Assembly (NCBI RefSeq): GCF_001194135.2
Contig: NC_068990.1
Location: forward strand, 16,978,324-17,042,323
Source: Octopus bimaculoides
Taxonomy: Eukaryota
Direction of reading: 5' to 3'
DNA: 64,000 nt
The notes under the pieces are model-generated. The model saw only the letters and a list, made by a program, of their open reading frames with translations, was not told the origin of the DNA and made no database searches. This document shows positions 35,706 through 47,945 of the stretch, one piece after another; position 1 is the stretch's first letter, and each line of letters begins with the position of its first letter. The position numbers and the translations under genes were made by a program.

Positions 35706-37611
35706 ACACGCATGCATGTATACATACATACAACGAACCGTCCAACTCATGTCAACATTGAAAAGGGATGTTAAATGGTGGCAATGTGTGTCTTTGTATT
35801 TTATTTGTACAAGTCATGTGCAATTAATGTATGTTAATCAAAGTTATGCTTTCCGAAGTTATGTATAAGCGTATGTCTATAGAAAAAAATTAAATGAAAT
35901 TGAAAAACAAACTGAGATACCGTCGACCAAACCAGCCGGAACGCATTTAACAACATTTCTTGTTCACCGGATCTGATTCTTTCGCACTGGTGAAAGTCTG
36001 TTAAAAATGAAACATGCGTGCAGTAAAATTATTCTACCATGAAACCAGGACTCATATCAGATAAGATTTTTCTTGTTAAAGGCAAAAAGCCCACGTGTTG
36101 TGCAGTGGAATTATTCTACCGCGTTAGCAGGTCCTCTTTTCCTACAAAATATCCAAAAGCTGTTTATAGTCAGAAATGGAAACGAATGCCTGTATACATT
36201 AAATTCTGATTCAGAATGAGGTCTAACTTTTCTTTTTCTTCTCATTAATATACAACTTTTCTCTTGAAGTATTCACATGGCAAATCACTTTTTCTTTTCT
36301 CTCTTTTTTTTTATTATACTAATAGTATACTATTTTTTATGGGGTTGAAGTTTTTATTCTTCAATGTAATTATTCTTCTGAACCTCCCAGGAGAACAAAA
36401 AGCAAAAACGTAAATACTTCGTAGTCTATTTTTAAAAACTAAAACACTGATTCTTTCTCTAACCCCCTCCCTCTGTGTGTGTGTGTGTGTGTGTGCGCGC
36501 GTTATTCAGATGAAGAGGAACAATAGTTAATGCGTTTTTCTCTATATCTTGGTGGGAAATCCGAGACGTGCAAGGGAAAAGGGGAAAATGAAACATTTCG
36601 TTTGAGTTGTCGTTGTCTAGTCCTTGAGATCAAAAGTCATTCAAATCATGATCTTCTGATCTTCTCAGTTTGTATTTCCGGATTTTGTTTAACCCGGGCG
36701 AAATTATAGAATGTGTATACGTGATCCGTCAGAGATGATACATAAAAACTGAACCTATTTGTTCGGCAATTTCCGTTAAAAATTTTATATTTCTTTAATT
36801 TTTTCCCAGTCGAATCGCTTATGCTTTATGCATTTTTTAAATTTTGTATGTATGTTTGCGTTTATGTATGTATGTATGTATGTATGTATGTATGTATGGA
36901 TATTTATGTATGAAAGTATATATGCTTAAGTGCATACATACATACATGCATGTACACACAAAAAGTACATGAACATAAGTAATTCAGCTGAAAATAAAGA
37001 ACTAAAAAGGTTTTACGGAAATTGCCGAATAGTTTCAGTTTTAAAATACCATCTCTGAAGGACCGCCATGTGTACTTTTAAAAATGTAAAGGCGCGATAT
37101 GTGAGAGGCTCAACAGTTATTTCTAGCAGACCGCGACACGGCATCACAGACTTCCTGATTAGCGATGCAACAGGAAGCAACACAACCAAACGCCGTATTA
37201 TTCTCCCAATATGGCGTTTATAGCCTGGATGCTTACGATAAAGCGAATGCGATTAAAGTCACTACGAAAGGCCAGATGATGGTGTTGAACCAGCCTGTGT
37301 CGTATTAATATTAACTTGATATTATCAAGCCGTTCCCAACATCTTTTAAAACCGTTGTTTCCGATAGACAATAGAGTCAGTAAAGAGACAGAAAAACTAC
37401 GTTTCGCAACTCTTAGTATTTTATCTCAATTTCACTGATACAAAGCAATGCTGGCATTTTCCCGTGCGAATTTGAAATACTTAGAATAAAAAGAAAAAAA
37501 AATTATATTTTATCTTTATTTGCTGTTTTATACTTATTTACCAAAAACAATACAAATAGATTAGATTTAAGGGGGGAAATGGGATTTAACCAATTCAATC
37601 TCTCTCATTTT

Positions 37612-37960
37612 AAACTCTTCCAGTTTTTAGACTACGGCCATGCTGGGGCACCGCCTTGAAAGGTTTTAGTCAAATGAATCGGCCCCAATACTTTTTTTAA
37701 AGCCTAGTTCTAATTCTATCAGTTTACTTTGCTGAACCACTAGTTAATGGGAATGTAAAGAAACCAGGATCGGTTGTCAAACGATGGTGGTGGGAACACA
37801 CACATACGATGGGCTTCTCTTAGTTTCCGTCCACCAAATCCACTCACAAGAATTTGATCATCCCGGAGCTATAGTAGAAGATACTTGCCCAAGGTGCCAC
37901 GCAGAGGAATTGAACCCGGAACCACGTGGTCGGGAAGCAAACTTCTTACGACACAGCCAC
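37612..37960 (-). mobile_element. Family C SINE, full copy
   Basis: GGCCATGCTGGGGCACCGCC...CCAAGGTGCCACGCAG...TTGAACCC...CACAGCCAC. Confidence 0.85.
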
Positions 37961-38021
37961 GTCTGCACTTATATAAATGAATGAAAATTGTGAAAATTCT
38001 TCTTTGTAGTTATTGAGATTC

Positions 38022-38067
<46 letters not shown>

Positions 38068-38219
38068 NNNNNNNNNNNNNNNNNNNNNNNNNNNNNNNNN
38101 NNNNNNNNNNNNNNNNNNNNNNNNNNNNNNNNNNNNNNNNNNNNNNNNNNNNNNNNNNNNNNNNNNNNNNNNNNNNNNNNNNNNNNNNNNNNNNNNNNNN
38201 NNNNNNNNNNNNNNNNNNN

Positions 38220-38251
<32 letters not shown>

Positions 38252-38793
38252 GGAGGGAGGGCAAGAGAGACAGACGGGTAGCGAGAGGAGGGAGAGAGAG
38301 AGAGACAGACAGACAGACAGCAAGAAGAGGGAGAAAGAGATGAGAAAGAGAGAGGATATGTAAGAATGAGTAACCAATTTTGAAAATTCTTTGTAATTAT
38401 TGATATTCGTAAGAGAGAGAGAGAGAGGAGGAGGAGAGAGATGGAGAAAGAGAGAGAGAAAACATTTGTAAGAATGAATAACCAGTTTTGTTTAAGTCGG
38501 TGAAGTTGAAGATATTTTTTTCAACTAGTTTCTTTAAGTCCACAAAATAAGCGCCATTAAGCATGTTTGTTGATGCTTCAGTTCATATAAGCGTACAACA
38601 TGGATGTATGTGCAGGTGCGTATGTGTATGTGCAAATATATATTGTATACACGTGCGTATGTATGTGTGTATACATTTATGTCAAGTAAATAGGCCATCG
38701 CTCATGTCATAAAAAGTATTTGGACATTTAAATTTATCACTGCATAAACGTGCATGAATATACATCTATCTATCTATCTATCTATCTATCTAC

Positions 38794-38836
<43 letters not shown>

Positions 38837-39337
38837 TAAATGTGCGAAGTGTATGGATGCTTGTTTAGATCATGTCGGCCTCGCTCGATAAGGTCACACA
38901 CAGCGAGGAAGACGTTTAAAAAAAGAAAAGCAATCTCAGCAAATAAAAAAACAAAACAAAATAAAATCTAAATAAATAAAAAGAAAACCATTTGCAATTC
39001 AAGTGAGATTGGTGTGATTTATTATTATTATTATTATTATCATAATTATTACTATTATTATTTCAACTGTTTTAAAGTTTACAATGGAAGTACTGGTGTT
39101 ACCATATATCACATGTAGCATGTAAATTTGGTAGGGCGGGTCTAATGGAGGTTTGGGTCAATGAAAGCTAAAAGGTTAGGCCAAATATCTAGCGTAAATA
39201 AATACACGGAATCAGGTATATATTCGATTTCGCTGTGAAATTTGACCCACAGGGGCATTTTCCACAGTTTAATAAAAGGTTCGTACCAACGGTTGCCATG
39301 GTTATTTAACAACTTTCATCCTATCAATGCATATTAT

Positions 39338-39696
39338 AACAAGAGCACTCAGAGAACGCAAACCTCCGCCAAGGCAACACCAACGATTAGCTGGAGATGA
39401 TTTTTAAAATGAGAATATCTGAAATAAACTCAGCTGCTCTCACAAACGAGAATACTAAAAATGAACCCGACCGCTTTCAAAGATTAAGTAAAAAAAAAAA
39501 AGGAAAAATAATCCAGAATCCTTGTCCGGTACCGGATCGATCTCAAAATCTAATCAGCTCGTGCCAGTCACGAGGCCAAACATCTCTGAAAGTTTCATCC
39601 GAATCCATCCAGCGGTTCTTGAGATATCTTGTCCACGGTCAAACAAACAAACGTGATTGAAAATAATACCTCCGCCTTAGCAAAGGCGGAGGTATT
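39338..39696 (+). mobile_element. Helentron-like non-autonomous element, full length
   Basis: 5' AACAAGAGCACTCAGAGAACGCAAACCTCCGCCAAGGC; 3' perfect 14-bp stem AATACCTCCGCCTT-AGCA-AAGGCGGAGGTATT (39665-39696). Confidence 0.8.
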
Positions 39697-39961
39697 GTTT
39701 CACTGATAGTTAAACAGCATCATTGTTATTGATAATAATAAACAAACGGGATATTTGTTTTATTTAATTCAATAAAGTATTCATTTCATGGTTAACATGT
39801 AGTTTAGACCTCTACAAAACTGAAAGTAAATTGTAATAGAAACCATGCATCCATCAGTATGTCTGCACATATATGCACACACACATTCGTATATATACAC
39901 AGATATATGGATGTACACACACGTGTGCGTGTGTGTGTGCATACATATATATATATCCTTT

Positions 39962-40125
39962 TTTCTTCTTCTTTAGGCACAAGGCCCGAAATTTTAAGGG
40001 GAGGGGCCAGTGGATTAGATCGACACCAGGACGAAACTGGTACTTAATTTATCGACCCCGAAAGGAGGAAAGGCAAAGTCGACCTCGGCGGAATTTGAAC
40101 TCAGAACATAAAGACAGACGAAATA
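39962..40125 (-). mobile_element. Family B SINE, CpG-intact
   Basis: GGCACAAGGCCCGAAATTTT...GTCGACCTCGGCGGAATTTGAACTCAG. Confidence 0.9.
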
Positions 40126-40137
40126 CATACATATATA

Positions 40138-40446
40138 TTAACGTGCAAGTGGCTGAGCACTCCACAGACACGTGTACCCTTTACGTAGTTCTCGGGGAGA
40201 TTCAGCGTGACACATAGTGTGACAAGGTTGACCCCTTTGAAATACAGGTACAACAGAAACAGGAAGAAAGAGCGAGAGAAAGTTGTGGTGAAAGAGTACA
40301 GCAGGGTTCGCGACCAACCCCTGCCGGAGCCACGTGGAGCTTTAGGTGTTTTCGCTCAATAAGCACTCACAACGTCCGGTCTGGGAATGGAAACCGCGAT
40401 CCCACGACCGCGAGTCGCTGCCCTAACCACTGGGCCATTGCGCCTC

Positions 40447-40448
<2 letters not shown>
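40138..40448 (-). mobile_element. tRNA-derived SINE, head H2 + tail T1
   Basis: Minus strand TGGCCCAGTGGTTAG, GGTTTCCATTCCC, AAAACACCTAAAGCTCCAC, then the T1 tail shared with 18343-18672. Confidence 0.85.
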
Positions 40449-40477
<29 letters not shown>

Positions 40478-41164
40478 TCATATATACAAGCATATACACT
40501 TGGTAACAAGACGCATACGTATTTCACAGGGTACATCATATTTAGTCTTACCAAGTTGTTTATCAAAAGTGCTCAACAAATGCTTATTGTGAATCACGAA
40601 TTGTTTGCGGCTATGATATCAATTCAATACTGTGAGCGAGTGACTGCAATATGTTGCAGCGCGGCAAACACGAGAGAAAGGATCTTTCTGATTTGGCGGA
40701 CACCATTTACGCAATACAATTATACAATATATAGATACGTGTGTGTGTGTGTAGTATTTCCTTGTCTCTACCTCCTTCTTTCTCCCTCTTCAATCCTTTT
40801 TTAAAACCTCTTGATGTTCCTTTTATTTTTCTTCTCGCTTTGGCCTCTGTTCCATTGTACTAACACTTGTTACTTCCCCGCCTTCTCCCCACTTCTTACC
40901 TCCCCTTCTTCCCCTCCCTATTACCGACCTACACCAGTTAACATTTCATCTTTCTCTGTCTCTCTTTTCTACAAAAGATTCCATAAGAAACGTTAGCCTT
41001 CTTCTTCACCATATCAAATATATTCCACGGTTTGAACTATTTATATTTCTGCTGACACAGAACACCGCTAAATTCTTTAGATTCTACCGTTTTATTATAT
41101 CATGTAATATATACAACAGGAATTTCATGTTTTTTTAAAATTTATTTATTCAATTTTCATTTAT

Positions 41165-42455
41165 TTCAACTTTTTATTCTTTCGGGATCGATAAAATAAG
41201 TTCTGGTTGAACAGTGAGGTTGATAGAATCAAACTGTATCCCTCCCCTAAAACTGCTGGCTTTGAATCAAAATTTGAAAACCATTATTATTAGAAGTATT
41301 GTTAGAGCTGTCGGAATCGTTATAGCGTCAGACCTTGCAGTCTTTCTGGCGCACTACGTTCTGAGTTCAACTTCCGCCAGGATCGACTTTGCCTTTTATT
41401 CTTAGTGGGGGCAGAGGAATTATGAGGTCAATATAATCGACTTTCTCTTTCTCTTCAAAAATTCATTTTGTTTTGCATATTTGATTATTTGCATGTTATA
41501 TAAAAAAAAGGCTACGTTTTTCTTCCCCCCCTTTTTTTTTTTTTTTCATAACACTAAACAATCCGTTAATTGTGGAACTGTTGTTGTTTAACTCCAGATA
41601 AGCCCTATTCGAGCAGATCTAAAATCAAAGATACCTTGCCTTGCTCTTGGGCCTCAACTCCTTGACGGAATAGTAGGAGCACTATTGAGTCATGCAGTAT
41701 ATCTTGGGTTTATTTAGACATGATGGAGCCCTTTCCTCTCCAGATCTGAGCACACACATTTCTTCTAGAAAGCGAAACAGATAAACAGACAGACAAGCGA
41801 AGAACTGTCTTATGACTGATATTTTATCAACTCCAAAAGGATGAACGGCAAGTTGACCTCGACAGGATTCAAACTGAGTACGCAGAGGACCGGAAGGATA
41901 ACCGCAAAACTATCTACCGGACTCTCAAACGAATCTGTCAGTTGGCTGTCTTAGATGGTACTTAATCCACTCCAGAAAGATGAAAAATTTAAGTCAAATC
42001 CAACGTGATCTGAACGGAGAAAGTAAATATTGAAAACCTTAATTCTTAATAACATTTTTTTACAACTTATATTGGTTTCTGTTTTAGGCAGAAAGTCAAT
42101 TGGCCATAAACGGTTTCTGATTTAAACAGAAGGCCAGCAATTTTGAAAGGAAAGGGTTTAGTCGATGACATCGATCGCAGTATTTGACTGGTACTTTATT
42201 TTATTGGCCCGGGAGGAAATTGTGCCTAAATAATTCGTTTAGAGATTATTGCGGATGGATTAAGTATTGATCAGAAAATTCAAAATGATGAGTTAATAAA
42301 AAAGCGGGGTCAAATTGTAAAGATTCGGGTTGAGGAATGGAGGTAAAAAGTTGTTCAATTATGGAGCAAAATTGACCTTGGTGGGACTTGAACTCAGAAC
42401 ACGATGTGATCAAAGACTGCAGGACATATTGTCCCCAGATGCGCTACCGATTCTA
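41165..42455. mobile_element. Cluster of at least five family B SINE fragments in both orientations plus a family E fragment
   Basis: + copies about 41165-41290 and 41296-41455; - copies about 41818-41950, 42100-42215, 42366-42455. Confidence 0.7.
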
Positions 42456-42621
42456 CCAGATACTCCTGACCAAGTTAATGTCATTCAAACATTAACTTCG
42501 ATTTAAAACTCTAGAATTCTGATGACGTCATTAATAGTTTTGGGTGTTGATGGAGGGGTAAATGAATATTTTTTCAATTAATGTAAACACGAGGAGCAAT
42601 TGTTATCGTCGATTTACAGTC

Positions 42622-42705
42622 GCTGCTGCTGTTGTTGTTGTGGTGGTGGTGTTGGTGGTGGTGGTGTTGGTGGTGTTGGTGGTGGTGGTAGTGATGGTGT
42701 TGTGG
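42622..42705. repeat. (GCT/GTT/GGT)n tract
   Basis: Direct reading. Confidence 0.9.
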
Positions 42706-43992
42706 TTGGTATTATTTTCATTTTTAACCCATTTTCAGATTTGTTTGGCATAAATCTAAAACAATGAATTGCAGGTCTCTCTCTCTCTTTGTCTTTCTTT
42801 CTCTCTCTCTGCATACAGTGTGTGTAGAGGAATTTATATATGTATGAACATAGTGATAGACATATGCATATATAGACATACACACATACAGTTATATACA
42901 CATATGTAGCATAGTTATACACACATCTACAGATACGTGTGCTAGTAGATGTATACTTCCATTTTTATAAAAATATATTGGTATATAGGTGACTGTGTGT
43001 GTACAAGAAACCTTGCAATGATTTATGCGTATATACATAGTTATACACAAATACATGCACATAAATGCTTGTAATATAGCTATATTTGTATGAAAATATA
43101 TCGGTATATAATGTGTCGTGCGTGTAATAATTAATGGTTATCACGTTTTTCAGTTGAAATTGAATATTAACAGTTTATACCAGGACAAATTCCTCCACGA
43201 AATCGTAAACAAACCGCTGACACCCGAATAATTTTCCACTCAGAAAAACCCCTTATCCGAGTGGAATACGATGTTGCAGAATATATATTAAGAGACTTCA
43301 CCAAGTGACACCAAAATAGAAAACATGATCTGGGTAATACTGAGCAATACCTATGAAGTTTAATGAATTCATGGTCAAACCCCTACTCTATTTTTTATAG
43401 GCTTTGCCATAGATTTTTTGACTCACATTCTGCTATTGGTTAACACAGCTCTGAATATTCTTCCAGTATCGACAGAAATATTTTTATTGTTCCTTCTACG
43501 AGCTTAACTTTCCATTGAAGTAATCTCGTCTATGGTTTCCCTGTCGTTTCGAAGCTACAAGAAACCTCTCACCTAATTAGGACAATACCTAATTTTCTGT
43601 AATACCTTTATTTTCTGTAAGAGATAATTTGCCGATTATGCAGACTAACGTCTGCCTACAGTGGAGAATTATTTCAATATGCATCCATTTTGAAAACTAG
43701 GTTGGTTGTGCCATTTGTGATATCTCGGCCAAATATAACGATACAAATGACAATAGGAATTCACTGATCGCAGCCCCCCCCCCTTCGGCCAGCAGTCAAG
43801 TTACCTTATTAAGTTTACAGTCGGTTGTTTTCTCTTTAGAATCAATGTCTTTATTTTTGACAATGGAACTCGAAGCAGATGAAGCCTTTGGTTGTTTTAT
43901 CTTATGCTCTGCGATGGATGAACTGTTCTCACAGTCAGCATATTTCCTCTCTATGCATACTGTTAGCTGGCATCTTGCAAGGAGTACTGATT

Positions 43993-44215
43993 GAGCAACG
44001 AGCTGGCAGAAACGTCACCCCGCCGGGCGAAATGCTTCGTTGTATTTCGTCTGCCGTTACGTTCTGAGTTCAAATCTGCCGCGGTCGAATTTGCCTTTCA
44101 TCCTTTCGGGGTCGATAAATTAAGTACCAGTTACGCACTGGGGTTGATGTAATTGACTTAATCCCTTTGTTTGTCCCCTCTATCTTTAGCCTCTTGTGGG
44201 CAATTAAGAAATAAG
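43993..44215 (+). mobile_element. Family B SINE, CpG-intact
   Basis: GAGCTGGCAGAAACG...GAGTTCAAATCTGCCGCGGTCGA. Confidence 0.9.
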
Positions 44216-44341
44216 GAGTACTGACTGTGGTATTTCGTCTAGATCTTCTGAATCCCCCTTTACTACACGCGCGCAGTACACACACACATATCTTTTACTT
44301 GTTTCAGTCTTTAGACAGCGGCCATGCTGGGGCACTGCCTT

Positions 44342-44378
<37 letters not shown>

Positions 44379-44984
44379 GGAGGTGCGACGCATAACCAAA
44401 ATTTGGGGCTTAGAAGTAAGTTTCACTCCCCACTCATGTATCCAAGGTGGTTAGAAAGAGCATCGAACCGCAGGTTAAGCTAGAATGCATGATACGAGCT
44501 ACATCACAATATGAATAATAATAATAAAGAAAACATATTTAGTATTTTTTGCCAGAAAAGACTGATGAGGTATATCGAGAAGACTGAGTAATTTTACCAA
44601 ACGAATGTGTAATCTTGTCACTTGATTTATTTGGAAACGCATATGTTTTATAAAACTTAAAATGCCAATATAGTTTTTCTTTGCTTTTATATCTTTATAT
44701 TGAGAGAGAGAGAGAGAGAGATAAGATGGTAGGCTGTGATTTGAAGAAGATTTGGCTGCTATTTCTAGATCAAGCGACTACATAGAAAGCACGTTAGTTG
44801 GCTCGCATTATTTATTTAGTTCATTTATTTATTATATAACTTAGGAAGCAAGAATAAAGGAAGATTGGAAATTCCTGCCGGGATCTCGTGACATATTTAT
44901 TTCATGGTTCTGCAAACGTTCACTAAAATGTCAACCGCCTCAATCTCTCTTGACAATAAACAATCAGTGTTAATTACGAGTGAG

Positions 44985-45166
44985 TGTATATATGTGTGTG
45001 CGTGTGGAAATATATATTTGCATTTGCACATAAATACAATATATATATATATATATATATATATACGCATATACATAGATGTATATACACATATGCATAC
45101 ATGTATATATACATATATAGACATATATATATATACATATACATACATATATGTGCACACACAAAC

Positions 45167-45199
<33 letters not shown>

Positions 45200-45210
45200 G
45201 ACACACAGAC
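44985..45210. repeat. Compound (TA)/(TACA)/(CA) microsatellite
   Basis: Direct reading; source of the Y/I/V/C-rich ORFs. Confidence 0.9.
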
Positions 45211-45603
45211 AGACCCATATACAAGTACGATACAAAAGTCATTACATAGTTTTGCTTTTCATTTGAGTTTCACAAACAATTGATGTTAGGTTCTCTATTT
45301 TTTGTTTTCTTTTTTTTTATCTTTTAGATTTGTTCTTTCTTTTTCTCCTTTCATTTTCATTCCCCCCCCCCCCACACACACACGGTCTTCCTTTTTTTTT
45401 GTCTATCTCCCCTTCTATCTCTTCCTCTCCTCTTTAACACATATGAAAATATGTTACTCAAAATGGCGTTATTTATTTATGTATTTATTTATTGTCTTTG
45501 CAAATCTGTTTTATTTAGTTCCACACTATTTCGTTCTGATTTCATTTTCCCAGAGTCGATACGGTTGTCAAGTACTGAGTCGACTTTCATCAATTGTTCA
45601 AAT

Positions 45604-45949
45604 GGATCTTTTTTAAAACGGGGGCCACATTTTTCATTAACGAAACACTTTGAAACTTGGAACACTGGTAGAATGTGTCATATAAAACATCTTTTTCTCT
45701 TAGTCTTCTTAAAAAAAAAAGAAATCCCTAAGTTATTCCATGTTAAAGTTGTCGTATTTCTGTAATTTCAACCAATCACTGACGTCCATTCAGCCGATAT
45801 ACATTAAGTGCCGACTACATAAACAAACGATTCTGAAACAATTCTATCGGTGATAGGGTTAGGGTTAGGGTAAAACAGCAAATTTAAAAAGAAAAAAGCA
45901 AAACGAAGCTATGGAAATTAAATACGCTTTACATCGCTTAATCAGCCAA
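45604..45949. mobile_element. Second copy of the TTAGGG-containing MITE (right end in gap)
   Basis: Near-identical to 16431-16760 including TIR, CCAAT-bearing internal repeat and GGGTTAGGGTTAGGG. Confidence 0.9.
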
Positions 45950-47499
45950 NNNNNNNNNNNNNNNNNNNNNNNNNNNNNNNNNNNNNNNNNNNNNNNNNNN
46001 NNNNNNNNNNNNNNNNNNNNNNNNNNNNNNNNNNNNNNNNNNNNNNNNNNNNNNNNNNNNNNNNNNNNNNNNNNNNNNNNNNNNNNNNNNNNNNNNNNNN
46101 NNNNNNNNNNNNNNNNNNNNNNNNNNNNNNNNNNNNNNNNNNNNNNNNNNNNNNNNNNNNNNNNNNNNNNNNNNNNNNNNNNNNNNNNNNNNNNNNNNNN
46201 NNNNNNNNNNNNNNNNNNNNNNNNNNNNNNNNNNNNNNNNNNNNNNNNNNNNNNNNNNNNNNNNNNNNNNNNNNNNNNNNNNNNNNNNNNNNNNNNNNNN
46301 NNNNNNNNNNNNNNNNNNNNNNNNNNNNNNNNNNNNNNNNNNNNNNNNNNNNNNNNNNNNNNNNNNNNNNNNNNNNNNNNNNNNNNNNNNNNNNNNNNNN
46401 NNNNNNNNNNNNNNNNNNNNNNNNNNNNNNNNNNNNNNNNNNNNNNNNNNNNNNNNNNNNNNNNNNNNNNNNNNNNNNNNNNNNNNNNNNNNNNNNNNNN
46501 NNNNNNNNNNNNNNNNNNNNNNNNNNTTTTTTTTTTTTTTACAATTGTCTCAGAAATCCTCATTCGCACTCTTTTCCTTTCGATAAATATATCAAAATAT
46601 TCAGCTTTAAATTACTTTATTTCGTTTTAACGTGTTTAATACAGTAAACATTAAAAATATACACAGAAACTGTTGAAGAAAATACAAATAATATTAACCA
46701 ATGACTAACATTATCAAAGTACTCGTCACATACTGAGATCCATTTACTCAACTATAATCTTCTCCAAAAATATGAAGCCTTCTATCTGTATTATCTAAAT
46801 CATGTCAACTAAGGGAAACAACTGCTGTTGATGTTTCGGTCTTATTACAAAACTTCATCTTTTCAGCGAAGCATACATTTCATCATATTTAAAGTGGTAA
46901 TAGAAGAATCACTAAGTAAATGCCCAAGGTTGTACACTGGTTGGTGTAGACATATAGAATTTTGTAAAGAAAGCTTTAAATACCAATTTCATTCTTCTTA
47001 ACTTCCACTACTCAGTCACTATATTTTATTTATTCATTTATATATTTAGCTGCTTCATGTTTTAAAAATTATATTATTTTCTTCAAATAAAAATACGTAC
47101 TTTTTTAAACTTCAGAATTATAAAGTCAAACCTTATCAAAAAAAAAAAAAAAAAAGTCGATTATATCAAACTCAGTCACTACTGAAAAGAAAAAGAACGT
47201 TACCTATTGACTTCCGGTGAGACGAAAGGCGAAGTCAACACCGACGGAGTTTTTAAACGCAGAGTGTAAAAATAATAAAAATTCTTGAAATATATACACC
47301 AGCAATCCACGGAATTTGACACACTCCGCAGTTAACTTCTTAAGTATCTCAAAATAGAACCTTATATCTTTTATCGTCTTCCCCTTCATTCGTATTAGCC
47401 AAAATCCCTTTTTCTGTTTCTCACGGCTTTCACTTTATGTTCATCCCTAACTGCTTCATCCTGTACTTTATTATTATAATTATTATTCATTTTATTATT

Positions 47500-47945
47500 A
47501 TGGCGGTAAGCTGTCAGAATCGCTAGCTCGTAGGACAAAATGCTTAACGGCATTTCCTTCAGTTTTTTTTACATTCTTAATCCAAATCCCATCGAAGTTA
47601 ACTTTACCTTTCATCCTTTACGGGTTGATAAAATAAGTACCAGTTGAGCACGAGTAGATGTAATTGACTTTATCCTAAAATTGCAGGTCTTATTCCAAAA
47701 ATTTAAGCCATTTTTATTTGGCTCAAGAAGATATATTTTTGAGGATGTGCACACACCACTTAAATCGATAAAATATGTAACTACTACGTACGTGGTAGTT
47801 ACTTATTTTATCGACCCTAAAGAGACGAAAGGTAAATTCGACATGGTTGAATTCAAACTCAGAAGAGAGAACGTAGCATTAAAAAAAATAAGATAAAAAG
47901 AAAAAGTAAGAAAGAAATCATCATCCGGTATTTTTACCGATTCTG
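47500..47945. mobile_element. Inverted pair of family B SINEs
   Basis: + copy 47500-47712; - copy 47790-47945. Confidence 0.8.

Noticed and set aside
43400-43740. Possible piggyBac transposase relic (MDAY*NNSPL) on the minus strand
   Set aside because: Multiple stops and similarity too weak to support by eye; needs an HMM search.
44561-44620. Minimal hammerhead CTGATGAG-GTATAT-CGAGAA
   Set aside because: GAGA instead of GAAA, and no consistent stem I/III.
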